From: a virus
Reading direction: 5' to 3' (one strand)
DNA length: 37,704 bases
IMG/VR virus record: IMGVR_UViG_3300002461_000717
Span: 1 to 37,704 of that record
Below the pieces are notes generated by a model, which searched no databases, was not told the origin of the DNA, and was given only the letters and a program-made list of their open reading frames with translations. Made by a program: the position numbers and the translations under genes. Below, one piece after another: positions 25,500-34,066 of the stretch (position 1 is its first letter; each line of letters begins with the position of its first letter).

Positions 25500-25877
25500 G
25501 TGGCTGACGCAGGATTAAAACTTGGAATAGAGACAATAAGGTCTCTTATATTTTCTTCAATTTCAAGCACATATGCTGGAATTACTTCTGTTCCTTTGCA
25601 AAATTCTGCACGCTTAATATGTATCACAAATTTGACAAACTCAAATCTTTTTGTTGCCTTAACAAATGGTAATACGCCTGCATCAGATGGAACAGCAGAT
25701 CAATTGATAATCCCTGCTAATGGATTCAAGTTGTTAGATGTGATGACAAATCACTATCCGCAAGATGGACAGCCAATGTCAGTAGTTGTAGGAACACGTT
25801 TTTGGGCAAGGACTGCTACAGGTAGCTCAAATCCAACCTCTGGATTTATTTATGTTGAAGCCTTTTTTGGAGATTAA
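25500..25877 (+). CDS. Hypothetical protein (125 aa) between tailspikes (GTG start)
   Basis: ORF track. GGAG lies about 10 nt upstream. Abuts the next gene. Confidence 0.5.
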   Translation: MADAGLKLGIETIRSLIFSSISSTYAGITSVPLQNSARLICITNLTNSNLFVALTNGNTPASDGTADQLIIPANGFKLLDVMTNHYPQDGQPMSVVVGTRFWARTATGSSNPTSGFIYVEAFFGD

Positions 25878-27746
25878 ATGTCACAAGCAGGCATAGCAAA
25901 CCTAGGTTCAATTCCTCCTCCTCCGGGTTCAATTACTGATCTTCAGGGTCAAGATGGCATAACAGTACCTCCAAATGGTTCTGGTATAATCTTTGTGGTA
26001 GGAGCTGTTGCAGCCGCAGGAACTACACCATTTACTACAACTGGGAATGCTGGTACTAGCACTGAGACTTGGACTATTCAACGTACTCAAGCGGCCGCTG
26101 TTTCAGCAGCTAACATTGTAGGGCTTGCCGCATTCAATTCCGCAGAGTTTACAGTAGACGCAAACGGATTTGTAAGCTTAGCGGGTGGTGGATTAGCAGT
26201 TGATTCATTCGCAATGCAGACAGGTACAAGCCCAGTTGTTCCTACAGGAGCGGGATTAGTTACTTTCAACGGCGCAGTGGTAGCCGCCGGTACAAATCCT
26301 GTACGTACAGACGGTACAGGCGCCAATACAATGGCTTTGGAAGTTCAAATCTCACAAGCTATAGCAGCTTCAAATGCTACCAACATTGGTTTGGCCGCCT
26401 TTAATTCTGCTCAATTTACTGTAGATGCCAATGGGTTTGTCAGTTCCACTCAAACGGATCTACACATTACGCCATTCATTGTAAGTGCAGCAGGGATAAC
26501 AAATGGTGCTAGCTTCACAACCATTCAAGCCGCTCTGAACGCTGCTAATGCAGCCGGCGGCGGTATAGTCTATGTTCAACCTGGCTCATACACTGAAAGC
26601 CTTACTTTATTTGCTAATACTGAAGTAGTAGGAACTCCCGGAAATTCTGATGCTGGAAGCGCTGGAAATACAGTCATCATCACTGGCGTCCATACACCTC
26701 CTGCAACAGGTTCCTTCACATTTGCAAACGTCAGATTAGTAAGTGCTACGGATATCTTTAACAGCGCTGTTGCTGGCTCTGCTGGATTAATCATAGAAAA
26801 TTCCTTCATAGCTATTACAAACGGCTTTTTATTCAATCTTCCTAACTGGACTGGAACTTTCATTACCTACAATATAGGTGAAGGTTCTACCAACAATGGA
26901 ATGGTAAATAATACAGGAGGAGCTACTTGTTTCTTCATTTCTGCAACACATGGCGCAGGAACTGGACAAACAATGGTTACCACAGGCCCTGTTATCATGG
27001 AAGAAGTTGTACTCAACTGCCCATGGTCAGCTAATACAGGAACAACAATTGCATGTGATTATGTAATTTTTTCACATACCGTTACGGCAGCAAATAATTC
27101 TACTGGAGCCTTCCATTGGTGCAGATTCTCTACAGGAGCTACAGCTGCATTGACAATGTCATCTTCAGCAGCTATCAAACTAACTCACTGCACTATAGAT
27201 TCTTCAAATAACCCAGCTATAGCAGGTGCTGGTGCCGGAACATTAACCTATTCAGATTTGGTATTCCTTTCCAATTCAGCTTTTGCAGGTACGCTTACTC
27301 TAGGTACAGTGAGTTGGAGACCATATTCAGTAGCCTTAGCTGCTACAGATGGAACCAAAGTTGGTACATGCAACTTCAACTCAGCGCAGTTTACCGTTGA
27401 TGCTAACGGTTTTGTATCTGCAATAGCTTCTATATTTCCTTGGATTGATCAAGCTACAGGTATAGTGCTAGCAGTCAATACAGGTTATTTTGTAACAGCC
27501 GCCACTACTCAAACTCTTCCTGCCGCACCTACTCAGGGTCAAGTAGTAAAAATTGTAGCTGATACATCAGGCGCAGTAGTAGTTACTGCCAATACAGGTC
27601 AAACAATAAGACTTGGCAGCGTGACTTCCTCAGTAGCGGGAACTATGACAAGTACTTTGCAAGGTGACTCAATGGAGCTGGTATTTAGAGCAGCTACAAG
27701 CACATGGATATCAATAGCAGATAACGGCGTATGGGTAGCAGCTTAA
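25878..27746 (+). CDS. Tailspike 2, beta-helix type with triplicated FNSA[EQ]FTVDANGFVS motif
   Basis: FTTIQAALNAANAAGGGIVYVQPGSYTESLTL and SSNNPAIAGAGAGTLT. The motif occurs at nt 26133-26177, 26400-26444 and 27375-27419. Confidence 0.75.
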   Translation: MSQAGIANLGSIPPPPGSITDLQGQDGITVPPNGSGIIFVVGAVAAAGTTPFTTTGNAGTSTETWTIQRTQAAAVSAANIVGLAAFNSAEFTVDANGFVSLAGGGLAVDSFAMQTGTSPVVPTGAGLVTFNGAVVAAGTNPVRTDGTGANTMALEVQISQAIAASNATNIGLAAFNSAQFTVDANGFVSSTQTDLHITPFIVSAAGITNGASFTTIQAALNAANAAGGGIVYVQPGSYTESLTLFANTEVVGTPGNSDAGSAGNTVIITGVHTPPATGSFTFANVRLVSATDIFNSAVAGSAGLIIENSFIAITNGFLFNLPNWTGTFITYNIGEGSTNNGMVNNTGGATCFFISATHGAGTGQTMVTTGPVIMEEVVLNCPWSANTGTTIACDYVIFSHTVTAANNSTGAFHWCRFSTGATAALTMSSSAAIKLTHCTIDSSNNPAIAGAGAGTLTYSDLVFLSNSAFAGTLTLGTVSWRPYSVALAATDGTKVGTCNFNSAQFTVDANGFVSAIASIFPWIDQATGIVLAVNTGYFVTAATTQTLPAAPTQGQVVKIVADTSGAVVVTANTGQTIRLGSVTSSVAGTMTSTLQGDSMELVFRAATSTWISIADNGVWVAA

Positions 27747-27756
27747 AGGATAAATT

Positions 27757-29181
27757 ATGACTTTTACACATGCATTAGCTACAAACAATTACGGGGAAGC
27801 CAAATTTATTGTTGCCGCAAGCGCAGCTAATGGAACCCATACCACAATTGCCGCTGCCCTAACAGCGGCATCCTCTGGTGATACTATCTTTATCCGTCAA
27901 GGAACCTATACAGAGAATATCACTCTCAAGGCTGGCGTCAATCTATGTGCATATGGCCCTGCTTCAGCTTTCTTTACTCCCTCTGCTGGCGGAGTGATTA
28001 TCAATGGAACCTGTACTATGACCACAGCAGGAACCGTTGGGATCAATGGTATTATTCTTCAAACAAATGGCGCAACAGCAGCTCTTGCAGTGACTGGAAG
28101 TGCAGCTTCTATTGTTCTTCTTGAGAATTGCTATCTGAATTGCACAGGAAATACCGGTGTAACATTCTCTTCCAGTTCAGCGTCTGCACAAATCCAATTT
28201 GAATATTGCAGCGGAGACATAACTACAACTGGGATTGCTCTTTTCTCTCATAGTTCAGCGGGTAGTCTTAGATTCTTACACTCAAGTTTTGGAAATAGCG
28301 GAGGCTCTACTACTAATAACACTGTTTCTGCTGGAGGATTTTTCCCAAATTATAGTAGTTGGGCAAATGGTACTACAGTATCAAATGCAGCTGCTATGAA
28401 TGGTTCGCATCTAGACCTGACAATGTCTGGCAATCAAACGGGTTTGACTACAGCAAATACAGCTGCAATTGGTGTTTCCTTTGCAACTTTTACTTCTGGA
28501 ACTTCATCCGCAATTTCTTTGGCTTCTGGAACAAGTCTACAACTGCATAATGTATTAGTAAGTAGCTCTAATGCAAGTCCTATAACAGGTTCAGGAACAT
28601 TAATTTATAGCAATATTGTATTCAATTCTGTAGCAGCTATTAATAATACTGTATTAAGATCACCATTTCCAGGCTCTCAATCATGGACATGGATTCAGAC
28701 TCAGACAGCAAGTGCTTCTGCCAGCATTTCATTCACTACTGGTATTGTTTCTCAATTCAATAGATATATGCTTGTATGGGATAATGTATTTGCTGCTAGC
28801 GGCGGCGGTCAAGCTATGCTTTTAAGATACAATCAAGGAAGCGGATTTGTTACTACTGGATATGCTGGCACAGGTGTATTTGGAAATACAGCAGGAGGCC
28901 CAACAGTTCCTGCAAACGTAACAACTTTTGCAATATTAGCCGGATCTCTTGGAAGCAGCGTCCCTGCTTGTTCAGGTACTTGTCTCATAGGAAACTCTCA
29001 ATTTTCAAATAGCTCTGGAGCTTCATATCTAACAAATACCTGCAATGATAGAGGATCAAACGGTATTGGAGTGTATGGAGGTACTTTTGGAAATACGGCT
29101 GCTATAACTCAATTACAAATTACCTTGGCTTCTGGAAATATTTCTCAAGGTACATTCTCTTTATACGGCATCATTAGCTAA
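27757..29181 (+). CDS. Tailspike 3, beta-helix type with a distinct C-terminal domain
   Basis: HTTIAAALTAASSGDTIFIRQGTYTENITL and SSSNASPITGSGTLIY are paralogous to spikes 1 and 2. Confidence 0.7.
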   Translation: MTFTHALATNNYGEAKFIVAASAANGTHTTIAAALTAASSGDTIFIRQGTYTENITLKAGVNLCAYGPASAFFTPSAGGVIINGTCTMTTAGTVGINGIILQTNGATAALAVTGSAASIVLLENCYLNCTGNTGVTFSSSSASAQIQFEYCSGDITTTGIALFSHSSAGSLRFLHSSFGNSGGSTTNNTVSAGGFFPNYSSWANGTTVSNAAAMNGSHLDLTMSGNQTGLTTANTAAIGVSFATFTSGTSSAISLASGTSLQLHNVLVSSSNASPITGSGTLIYSNIVFNSVAAINNTVLRSPFPGSQSWTWIQTQTASASASISFTTGIVSQFNRYMLVWDNVFAASGGGQAMLLRYNQGSGFVTTGYAGTGVFGNTAGGPTVPANVTTFAILAGSLGSSVPACSGTCLIGNSQFSNSSGASYLTNTCNDRGSNGIGVYGGTFGNTAAITQLQITLASGNISQGTFSLYGIIS

Positions 29182-29271
29182 AAAAACCTGATTTATCCCC
29201 CCCCCTGCGGGCGCGCGATTTTACAGAATCTTTATATTATTTGCACGCAAATTCTTAATACTTAGTGAAAT

Positions 29272-29299
29272 AAAAAAACCCAGGCTTTACAGGCCCAGG
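29272..29299 (-). terminator. Rho-independent terminator candidate (minus strand only)
   Basis: The minus strand reads CCTGGGC-ctgtaaa-GCCTGGG (7 bp including two G-U pairs) followed by TTTTTTT. The equivalent plus-strand RNA cannot pair. Confidence 0.45.
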
Positions 29300-29380
29300 T
29301 TAAATAGCACAATAGGATTTTTTTGCAAGCAATGTTAATATTGCTTAGCGGATTCTAGTTTAAAGAATTTTTTTAATCCA

Positions 29381-29722
29381 CTAGAAAGGCAACTCAAACA
29401 TGTCATCTTGAGTTTCAACAGGTTCTGCCTTCTTAGCCACAAAAGCTTTAGGAGCCATTGGATCATAGATTTTCATAGCAGCAATGATTTGCTTGCTAAA
29501 CTCATCTTGATCCTCTTTGTGCATTTGAATGATGTCTGCATATTTGGTTTCCCCACTCTCATTCTTGTAGGGCCTACTGGGCATATTTACCCAATACTTT
29601 CCACCATTTGCAAAGACGCTACACCCTTTGATTAGCCATTTTTTATCTGAATCATAGATATCCAAATACCCTTTCAGGTTCTTCTTATTCTCTACCTTTC
29701 TGTATTCCACAATCTTGTACAT
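29381..29722 (-). CDS. SpoVG-like protein, paralogue 1 (track start 29743)
   Basis: LKGYLDIY...IKGCSVFANGGKYWVNMPSRPYK parallels the SpoVG pattern (...IRVIDGNNGLFVAMPSKR...). AAGGA lies 5 nt before the ATG at 29722. Confidence 0.55.
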   Translation of the reverse strand: MYKIVEYRKVENKKNLKGYLDIYDSDKKWLIKGCSVFANGGKYWVNMPSRPYKNESGETKYADIIQMHKEDQDEFSKQIIAAMKIYDPMAPKAFVAKKAEPVETQDDMFELPF

Positions 29723-29770
29723 AAACATCCTTTTAGTCTTCATGACTTAAAGAAATATTTATGACTTTTT

Positions 29771-30070
29771 CTAGGCTTTTGTCAACTCAATTTTTAAAAA
29801 CTTATCTGCTTCTTGGATGATACTTTGGATCATCTCATCATGAATCTCTTTGTTAGAGAAAGAAATATGTGGATACCACACCATTTCTTTTGTCTCTGCA
29901 TCTAGGGTTTTGCGTCCTGGCATTTGATAAAACCACCCACCTTTAGCGCCTTTGTGTACTGCAATGCCACGGATATCCAGATCCAAATCTACAAGATAGA
30001 CATGGAGGGTTCCTTTGATCTTATTTTTTTTGTCTGTGTTTTTGTAAAATCCAACTATCTCTACTTTCAT
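29771..30070 (-). CDS. SpoVG-like protein, paralogue 2
   Basis: IKGTLHVYLVDLDLDIRGIAVHKGAKGGWFYQMPGRK shows the same pattern. Confidence 0.55.
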   Translation of the reverse strand: MKVEIVGFYKNTDKKNKIKGTLHVYLVDLDLDIRGIAVHKGAKGGWFYQMPGRKTLDAETKEMVWYPHISFSNKEIHDEMIQSIIQEADKFLKIELTKA

Positions 30071-30149
30071 ATGGTTCCTATTTTTTAAATGCCCCTAGGA
30101 CTGTATTAGAGGCTCAGTGTTAAACGATCTTTTGTAAGGATAGGTAACC

Positions 30150-30434
30150 CTATATCTCCATCTGTATTTTTGCTTCTTGGCAAGATTCTAAAGTTTCGCA
30201 ATATGTAATCATTTCTCCTTTTTCATCATCAGAGATATGTTCACAAAAAAAGTTTAAAAAATTATCTAATGATGATTTTAGAAAATATCCCTCAAAGCGT
30301 ACTCCATGGTCAAATGAAAGGGAAAATTTAAATATTTTGGGTTCAATATCAATAATTTTATAACAAATAAATTTTTCCATATTAAAAGCATAGGTATGAT
30401 TTGTGCCCATGCAAAGAAAATCTAAGTATTTCAT
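30150..30434 (-). CDS. Hypothetical protein (94 aa)
   Basis: ORF track. ATGA-type overlap with the upstream replication gene. Confidence 0.55.
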   Translation of the reverse strand: MKYLDFLCMGTNHTYAFNMEKFICYKIIDIEPKIFKFSLSFDHGVRFEGYFLKSSLDNFLNFFCEHISDDEKGEMITYCETLESCQEAKIQMEI

Positions 30435-31384
30435 TCCAAACCTTTTGTGCTTAAGTTTTTATTGTTCAATTCTTTAATTATTTTATGTTTGAAGTCTTTA
30501 TCAGTGAACTTTTCATGGATTGTTCTCATTGGTCCTGATCTGAGTTCTAGATAATCTGGACCAATTTCAATATCTGGATTCTTAAGATTCAACGCTTTGA
30601 CTTTCATTGCAAAAGCTCTATTCCTTTCTGGTAAAGGTACTTCAATGGGTTTGTTTTCTTCAGCAATTACAGCATCAATCACCCAGTTGATGATAGCCAT
30701 GTAGTCATTTTGTCCACCAGAAATGCCTTTGCCAATTTTCCAATTGGAGAGTTTTTCATAGCATTTATGAAGTTTGGAGGTATCAGAATCTAATCTTTGG
30801 AGAAGCTTTTGCTGCTGAGTAGGGGTAAGGAAGACAAATTCAACAACCTCTTCTTTGCTCTCTTTGATTTTTTTTCTTGAAGAAGGAAGAGAAGGAGCTG
30901 GAGCGGCAGCGACAGCAATGGGTGCTTGCACCGCTTCTTCCTCTTGTCTTTTCTTATATATAGTCTTATCTAAAGAAGACTCTTGATATTCTTTAGTGTG
31001 GTCATTTTGAACTTGTTCATTTTGAACTTGGTCAAAAGTGCCACGTGAAGAAATATTTTTAAACTTAGGTTTAGAAGATACTCTGTATACCCAGTTAGAA
31101 AAACGGTTTTTTCTTTTGATAGCTTCTCTGTGAATGAACCCATGTTCTATCAATTCATTGACCATTTTATATAGAGATTTTTGACCACATCTTCCTTTGA
31201 AATGTTCTTTAACGGATGCCATTTTTATCTGATATTTTTGTAAGTTATGACTCAAAAGGTAGATGAGTAGAAATCCAGCTGCCATTGAAAGAGTTTTATG
31301 CCGGCTTAGGGAATGAGGTGTAATGGAGAAAAGTTCTCTGTCTTCTTCTTCAACTTCAAAATGGGTATCATTGTCGCGTGTCAT
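30431..31384 (-). CDS. Putative replication initiator/replisome organiser (track start 31411 is TTG)
   Basis: Winged-helix-like segment KSLYKMVNELIEHGFIHRE. The C-terminal NDYMAIINWVIDAV resembles DnaD/initiator C-termini. Adjacent to an inverted-repeat-bearing non-coding region. Confidence 0.5.
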   Translation of the reverse strand: MTRDNDTHFEVEEEDRELFSITPHSLSRHKTLSMAAGFLLIYLLSHNLQKYQIKMASVKEHFKGRCGQKSLYKMVNELIEHGFIHREAIKRKNRFSNWVYRVSSKPKFKNISSRGTFDQVQNEQVQNDHTKEYQESSLDKTIYKKRQEEEAVQAPIAVAAAPAPSLPSSRKKIKESKEEVVEFVFLTPTQQQKLLQRLDSDTSKLHKCYEKLSNWKIGKGISGGQNDYMAIINWVIDAVIAEENKPIEVPLPERNRAFAMKVKALNLKNPDIEIGPDYLELRSGPMRTIHEKFTDKDFKHKIIKELNNKNLSTKGLE

Positions 31385-31470
31385 TAGGGGAGCTCCGTTG
31401 GGAGCCAACACTTTAAGAAGAGCTGAGCTAAAAGAGTTTTACATTATAAACAATTTCTTTTAGCATGCGT

Positions 31471-31495
31471 GATATTGCTCAATTTGAGTAATATC
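31471..31495. repeat. Near-perfect 25-bp inverted repeat (operator/origin candidate)
   Basis: GATATTGCTCA-att-TGAGTAATATC: 11 pairs including one G-T. Confidence 0.7.
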
Positions 31496-31528
31496 ATCAA
31501 CGTTCTGGGGTTAATAGAACGTTTAGGT

Positions 31529-31563
31529 GCCAGCTCTTCGCAAGATTGCTGGCCTTTTTTTTT
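31529..31563 (+). terminator. Terminator-like hairpin plus T9 (plus strand)
   Basis: GCCAGC-13 nt-GCTGGC, then C and TTTTTTTTT. Confidence 0.55.
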
Positions 31564-31579
31564 ATGTAATGAATTTGAT

Positions 31580-31600
31580 GCCACACTCTGTGGCATTTTT
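31580..31600 (+). terminator. Second terminator-like hairpin (plus strand)
   Basis: GCCACA-ctc-TGTGGC followed by ATTTTT. Confidence 0.4.
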
Positions 31601-31755
31601 CTTTACATGTTATGAACATCCGCCAACATAAATGTTCTGTATAATTTTAGTCTATACACTTGTGTTTCAGCCTCCAAAGTATTAAGAGATCTTTAAAATG
31701 CAAAAAAATGTTCTTTGCTTTAGACTATTGCGTTTCAAATGCTAAAGGAAATCTC

Positions 31756-32157
31756 ATGCTCACACAAATCTTATCAAGTTTAGTATTTATTTTTGGCATG
31801 TTGGGAGCATTATCCTGCATTATTTTTTCTTTTAAAAGTTACAAGCAGACTAGAAAGCTAATGACACAGGCAGTACAGGGACAAGATCACATTCAAAGAG
31901 TGATGGAGCATGCCTTAAAAGATTCTCAGAATGCATTTTTTAACATGCAAAATGAGATAAGAGGATCAGCGAATCACTCTGATGCAAAGCTAGAAAAAAT
32001 TGTAACTTTGTTACAGGATATTCAGTGTCAAGTGAGAGATTTGAATATGAGAGTCACCATAGCTGAGGTGAGATTAGAGGAGAGGAAGCCACAGACTACT
32101 TTATCTGCGCTTCCATCTCCTGCTAAAAGAGGAAGAAAACCTAAGCAGCTCACTTAG
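31756..32157 (+). CDS. Membrane-anchored coiled-coil protein with basic C-terminus (track start 31660 is TTG)
   Basis: TM segment MLTQILSSLVFIFGMLGALSCIIFSF. AAAGGA lies before the ATG at 31756. C-terminal PAKRGRKPKQLT. Confidence 0.55.
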   Translation: MLTQILSSLVFIFGMLGALSCIIFSFKSYKQTRKLMTQAVQGQDHIQRVMEHALKDSQNAFFNMQNEIRGSANHSDAKLEKIVTLLQDIQCQVRDLNMRVTIAEVRLEERKPQTTLSALPSPAKRGRKPKQLT

Positions 32158-33011
32158 AATGCTTCCTCAACTTCTGCATCTTCAATCTGATCTTCCCAAG
32201 CTAGATTATTTTTATCCATCCAGCTTTTGTAGTGCTTAAGGAAAGGCTCTGGATCTTTAAGCCATCCTAAGAGCACATCTCCTAAACTTCTGCCTTGAAG
32301 CTTGGATTGCACAAACTTTAAATAAGGCTCAAAGTGTTGGGATGCGGGTATTTGAACCTTATGGAAAAGACTATCTATTAGACCATCAATGTCTTCAGTA
32401 GCTTGTGTTTTCCCTTGCTTTGCAGATTCTGATGAGAATTCACTCTCTGCTTGTTCCATCTCTTCAGAAGTATAAAGCCCAGACATTTCAGCAGGAAAAG
32501 CCTTACGCAAAGCTAAAGACTCAGCACACTTAGCTAGCTGATTGCGAGCCATTTTCTGCCACATTGCAATAGGCTTATTTTCCTTATTGCGTTGGCAATA
32601 CTCATCAAAGAAAGCAGTAGCAGCCACTTCATGCCATGTTCCATCCTTGGTCATCTTCTTCACATATGCTGTTGCAGATTCTAGGTTTGAATTAGAATCA
32701 TAGGTATAAGAAGGCTCTTTTCCCGGTGCATAACGACCTGTCCTTTCAGCTATTAAGCGATATCCATCAATCCCCGTTTGGATTGTCATGGTCTCACGCT
32801 TCAAGTTGTTATCCCATCTTTTGACAGCATAAACTTGCTTCATGAAAGGGTCTAATCCTGTGCGTTTGCAAGCATGCACAAATAGCTGGAATTCATCATC
32901 TGTAGCTCCCTTGCAAATAGTGCGTTTGAGAAGATCTTTCTTAGATTCAAACTCATCAGCCTCAAACTGAGCTAATGAAACGGTCTTTTTTGTTACTGCT
33001 ACTGCTGACAT
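32154..33011 (-). CDS. recT: RecT/Bet-family single-strand annealing recombinase (track start 33047)
   Basis: Segments FVHACKRTGLDPFMKQVY, IQTGIDGYRLIAERTG and ARNQLAKCAESLALRKAFP. AGGT lies before the ATG at 33011, which sits 1 nt after the upstream stop. Confidence 0.85.
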   Translation of the reverse strand: MSAVAVTKKTVSLAQFEADEFESKKDLLKRTICKGATDDEFQLFVHACKRTGLDPFMKQVYAVKRWDNNLKRETMTIQTGIDGYRLIAERTGRYAPGKEPSYTYDSNSNLESATAYVKKMTKDGTWHEVAATAFFDEYCQRNKENKPIAMWQKMARNQLAKCAESLALRKAFPAEMSGLYTSEEMEQAESEFSSESAKQGKTQATEDIDGLIDSLFHKVQIPASQHFEPYLKFVQSKLQGRSLGDVLLGWLKDPEPFLKHYKSWMDKNNLAWEDQIEDAEVEEAF

Positions 33012-33012
33012 C

Positions 33013-33630
33013 TTACCTGCTCCTAATAATAGTTTTCTTCTCTGCATATATTTTCAATCCTGGGATTTCCCTAACGCCTGCTTTTAGAGCTTCTTGCACT
33101 TTATCTTCATCAACTGTGATATAGTTTATAGGGATCATAGCCAAACACTCAACCTGAAACTTCATGGTTGTTTTCTCATAAGCCAATGCACTTGAGGTTC
33201 TTAATTGAGCCTCTGTTTTTACAAAAGGAGTAACTTCAAGCTGTAAAGCATCTCTGAGTAGTTCTGCTTCCTTCTGCATATCTTCTTGCTCTCTCATATC
33301 CTTAATCTTCCAACATTCAATCTTAGAGATTAGAATGGACTCAATCCTATCTAGTCTCTCTAAGAATGGCCTACACTTTTCATTGTTGTAGGTTTGCATC
33401 TTGCGGTAAGGTTCATTAATCCTTTTTCTGATCTCCTCAATCTTCTTGCCATAGTTCTTCACCTTGGCAATCAGATTCATAGCTTCTTCAGCTGACCAGT
33501 GTGAGCATACCTCATAAAGCATTGCTCTTTCCAAAGTGTCATCAATTGCGTACTCAAAGGTACGCAATGTGTTTTCCATCTCATTTTCCTGTACACTAGC
33601 AGGACTTATCTCTACTAAATTAGCGCTCAT
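33013..33630 (-). CDS. Coiled-coil protein of the recombination module (Gam/Gp157-like position; function uncertain)
   Basis: ORF track. Helical, charged sequence lying between the exonuclease-side genes and recT. Confidence 0.6.
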   Translation of the reverse strand: MSANLVEISPASVQENEMENTLRTFEYAIDDTLERAMLYEVCSHWSAEEAMNLIAKVKNYGKKIEEIRKRINEPYRKMQTYNNEKCRPFLERLDRIESILISKIECWKIKDMREQEDMQKEAELLRDALQLEVTPFVKTEAQLRTSSALAYEKTTMKFQVECLAMIPINYITVDEDKVQEALKAGVREIPGLKIYAEKKTIIRSR

Positions 33631-33785
33631 ATTTCCCCATACGTTAAAATATCCATGTAATAACTAATCTCAGCCTCTTCTTTATCCTTAAGATACTGAT
33701 CATATTCTTCTTCCGTCTTGTTCAATCTCCACAACATTTCTTGAAATGTCTCAGGAGGTGAATCCGGTAAGTAGCATTTGAACAT
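33627..33785 (-). CDS. Small acidic protein (52 aa), below the ORF-track cutoff
   Basis: GAGGTG Shine-Dalgarno. Translation MFKCYLPDSPPETFQEMLWRLNKTEEEYDQYLKDKEEAEISYYMDILTYGEI. ATGA overlap at 33627-33630. Confidence 0.5.
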   Translation of the reverse strand: MFKCYLPDSPPETFQEMLWRLNKTEEEYDQYLKDKEEAEISYYMDILTYGEI

Positions 33786-33804
33786 ACACACCTCATTAAA
33801 AAAA

Positions 33805-34011
33805 TTATTTAACAGAAATGAGATTTGTAAGCTCTAGTTTTAGTTTCTCAAGGACTTTGAGAAGCTCTAGATCAGCCTGCATCTGGACTGTGATATGGTC
33901 TAAGAGAGTAAATTCAGTGAGTGAGATACGCTGAATTAATGTTTCTATATCTGCAAAAGATATGTTTTTGATAGAGTCTACCATGTGTGAATCCTCCAAC
34001 GGTTTGCACAT
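33805..34011 (-). CDS. Hypothetical protein (68 aa)
   Basis: ORF track. Confidence 0.5.
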   Translation of the reverse strand: MCKPLEDSHMVDSIKNISFADIETLIQRISLTEFTLLDHITVQMQADLELLKVLEKLKLELTNLISVK

Positions 34012-34026
34012 TTCTCAGTGTTTTGT

Positions 34027-34055
34027 CTCCCCTCAGTCTGATACACTGGGGGGAG
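34027..34055. other. Stable intergenic hairpin (11-bp stem, 7-nt loop)
   Basis: CTCCCCTCAGT-ctgatac-ACTGGGGGGAG. No T-tract on either strand. Confidence 0.7.
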
Positions 34056-34066
34056 AGTTATTGATC

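Noticed and set aside
24548-26863. Minus-strand ORFs 24548-25051, 26087-26326 and 26576-26863 inside the tailspike genes
   Set aside because: They are shadow frames of Gly/Ala/Thr-rich beta-helix coding sequence. GCN/GGN/ACN-rich codons suppress stops on the opposite strand.
29196-29220. C8 tract followed by TGCGGGCGCGCG just after tailspike 3, considered as a terminator or phase-variable tract
   Set aside because: Only 3-4 bp stems can be drawn and the following T-run is short. It is intergenic, so length change would not shift any frame. Noted only as an odd GC island.
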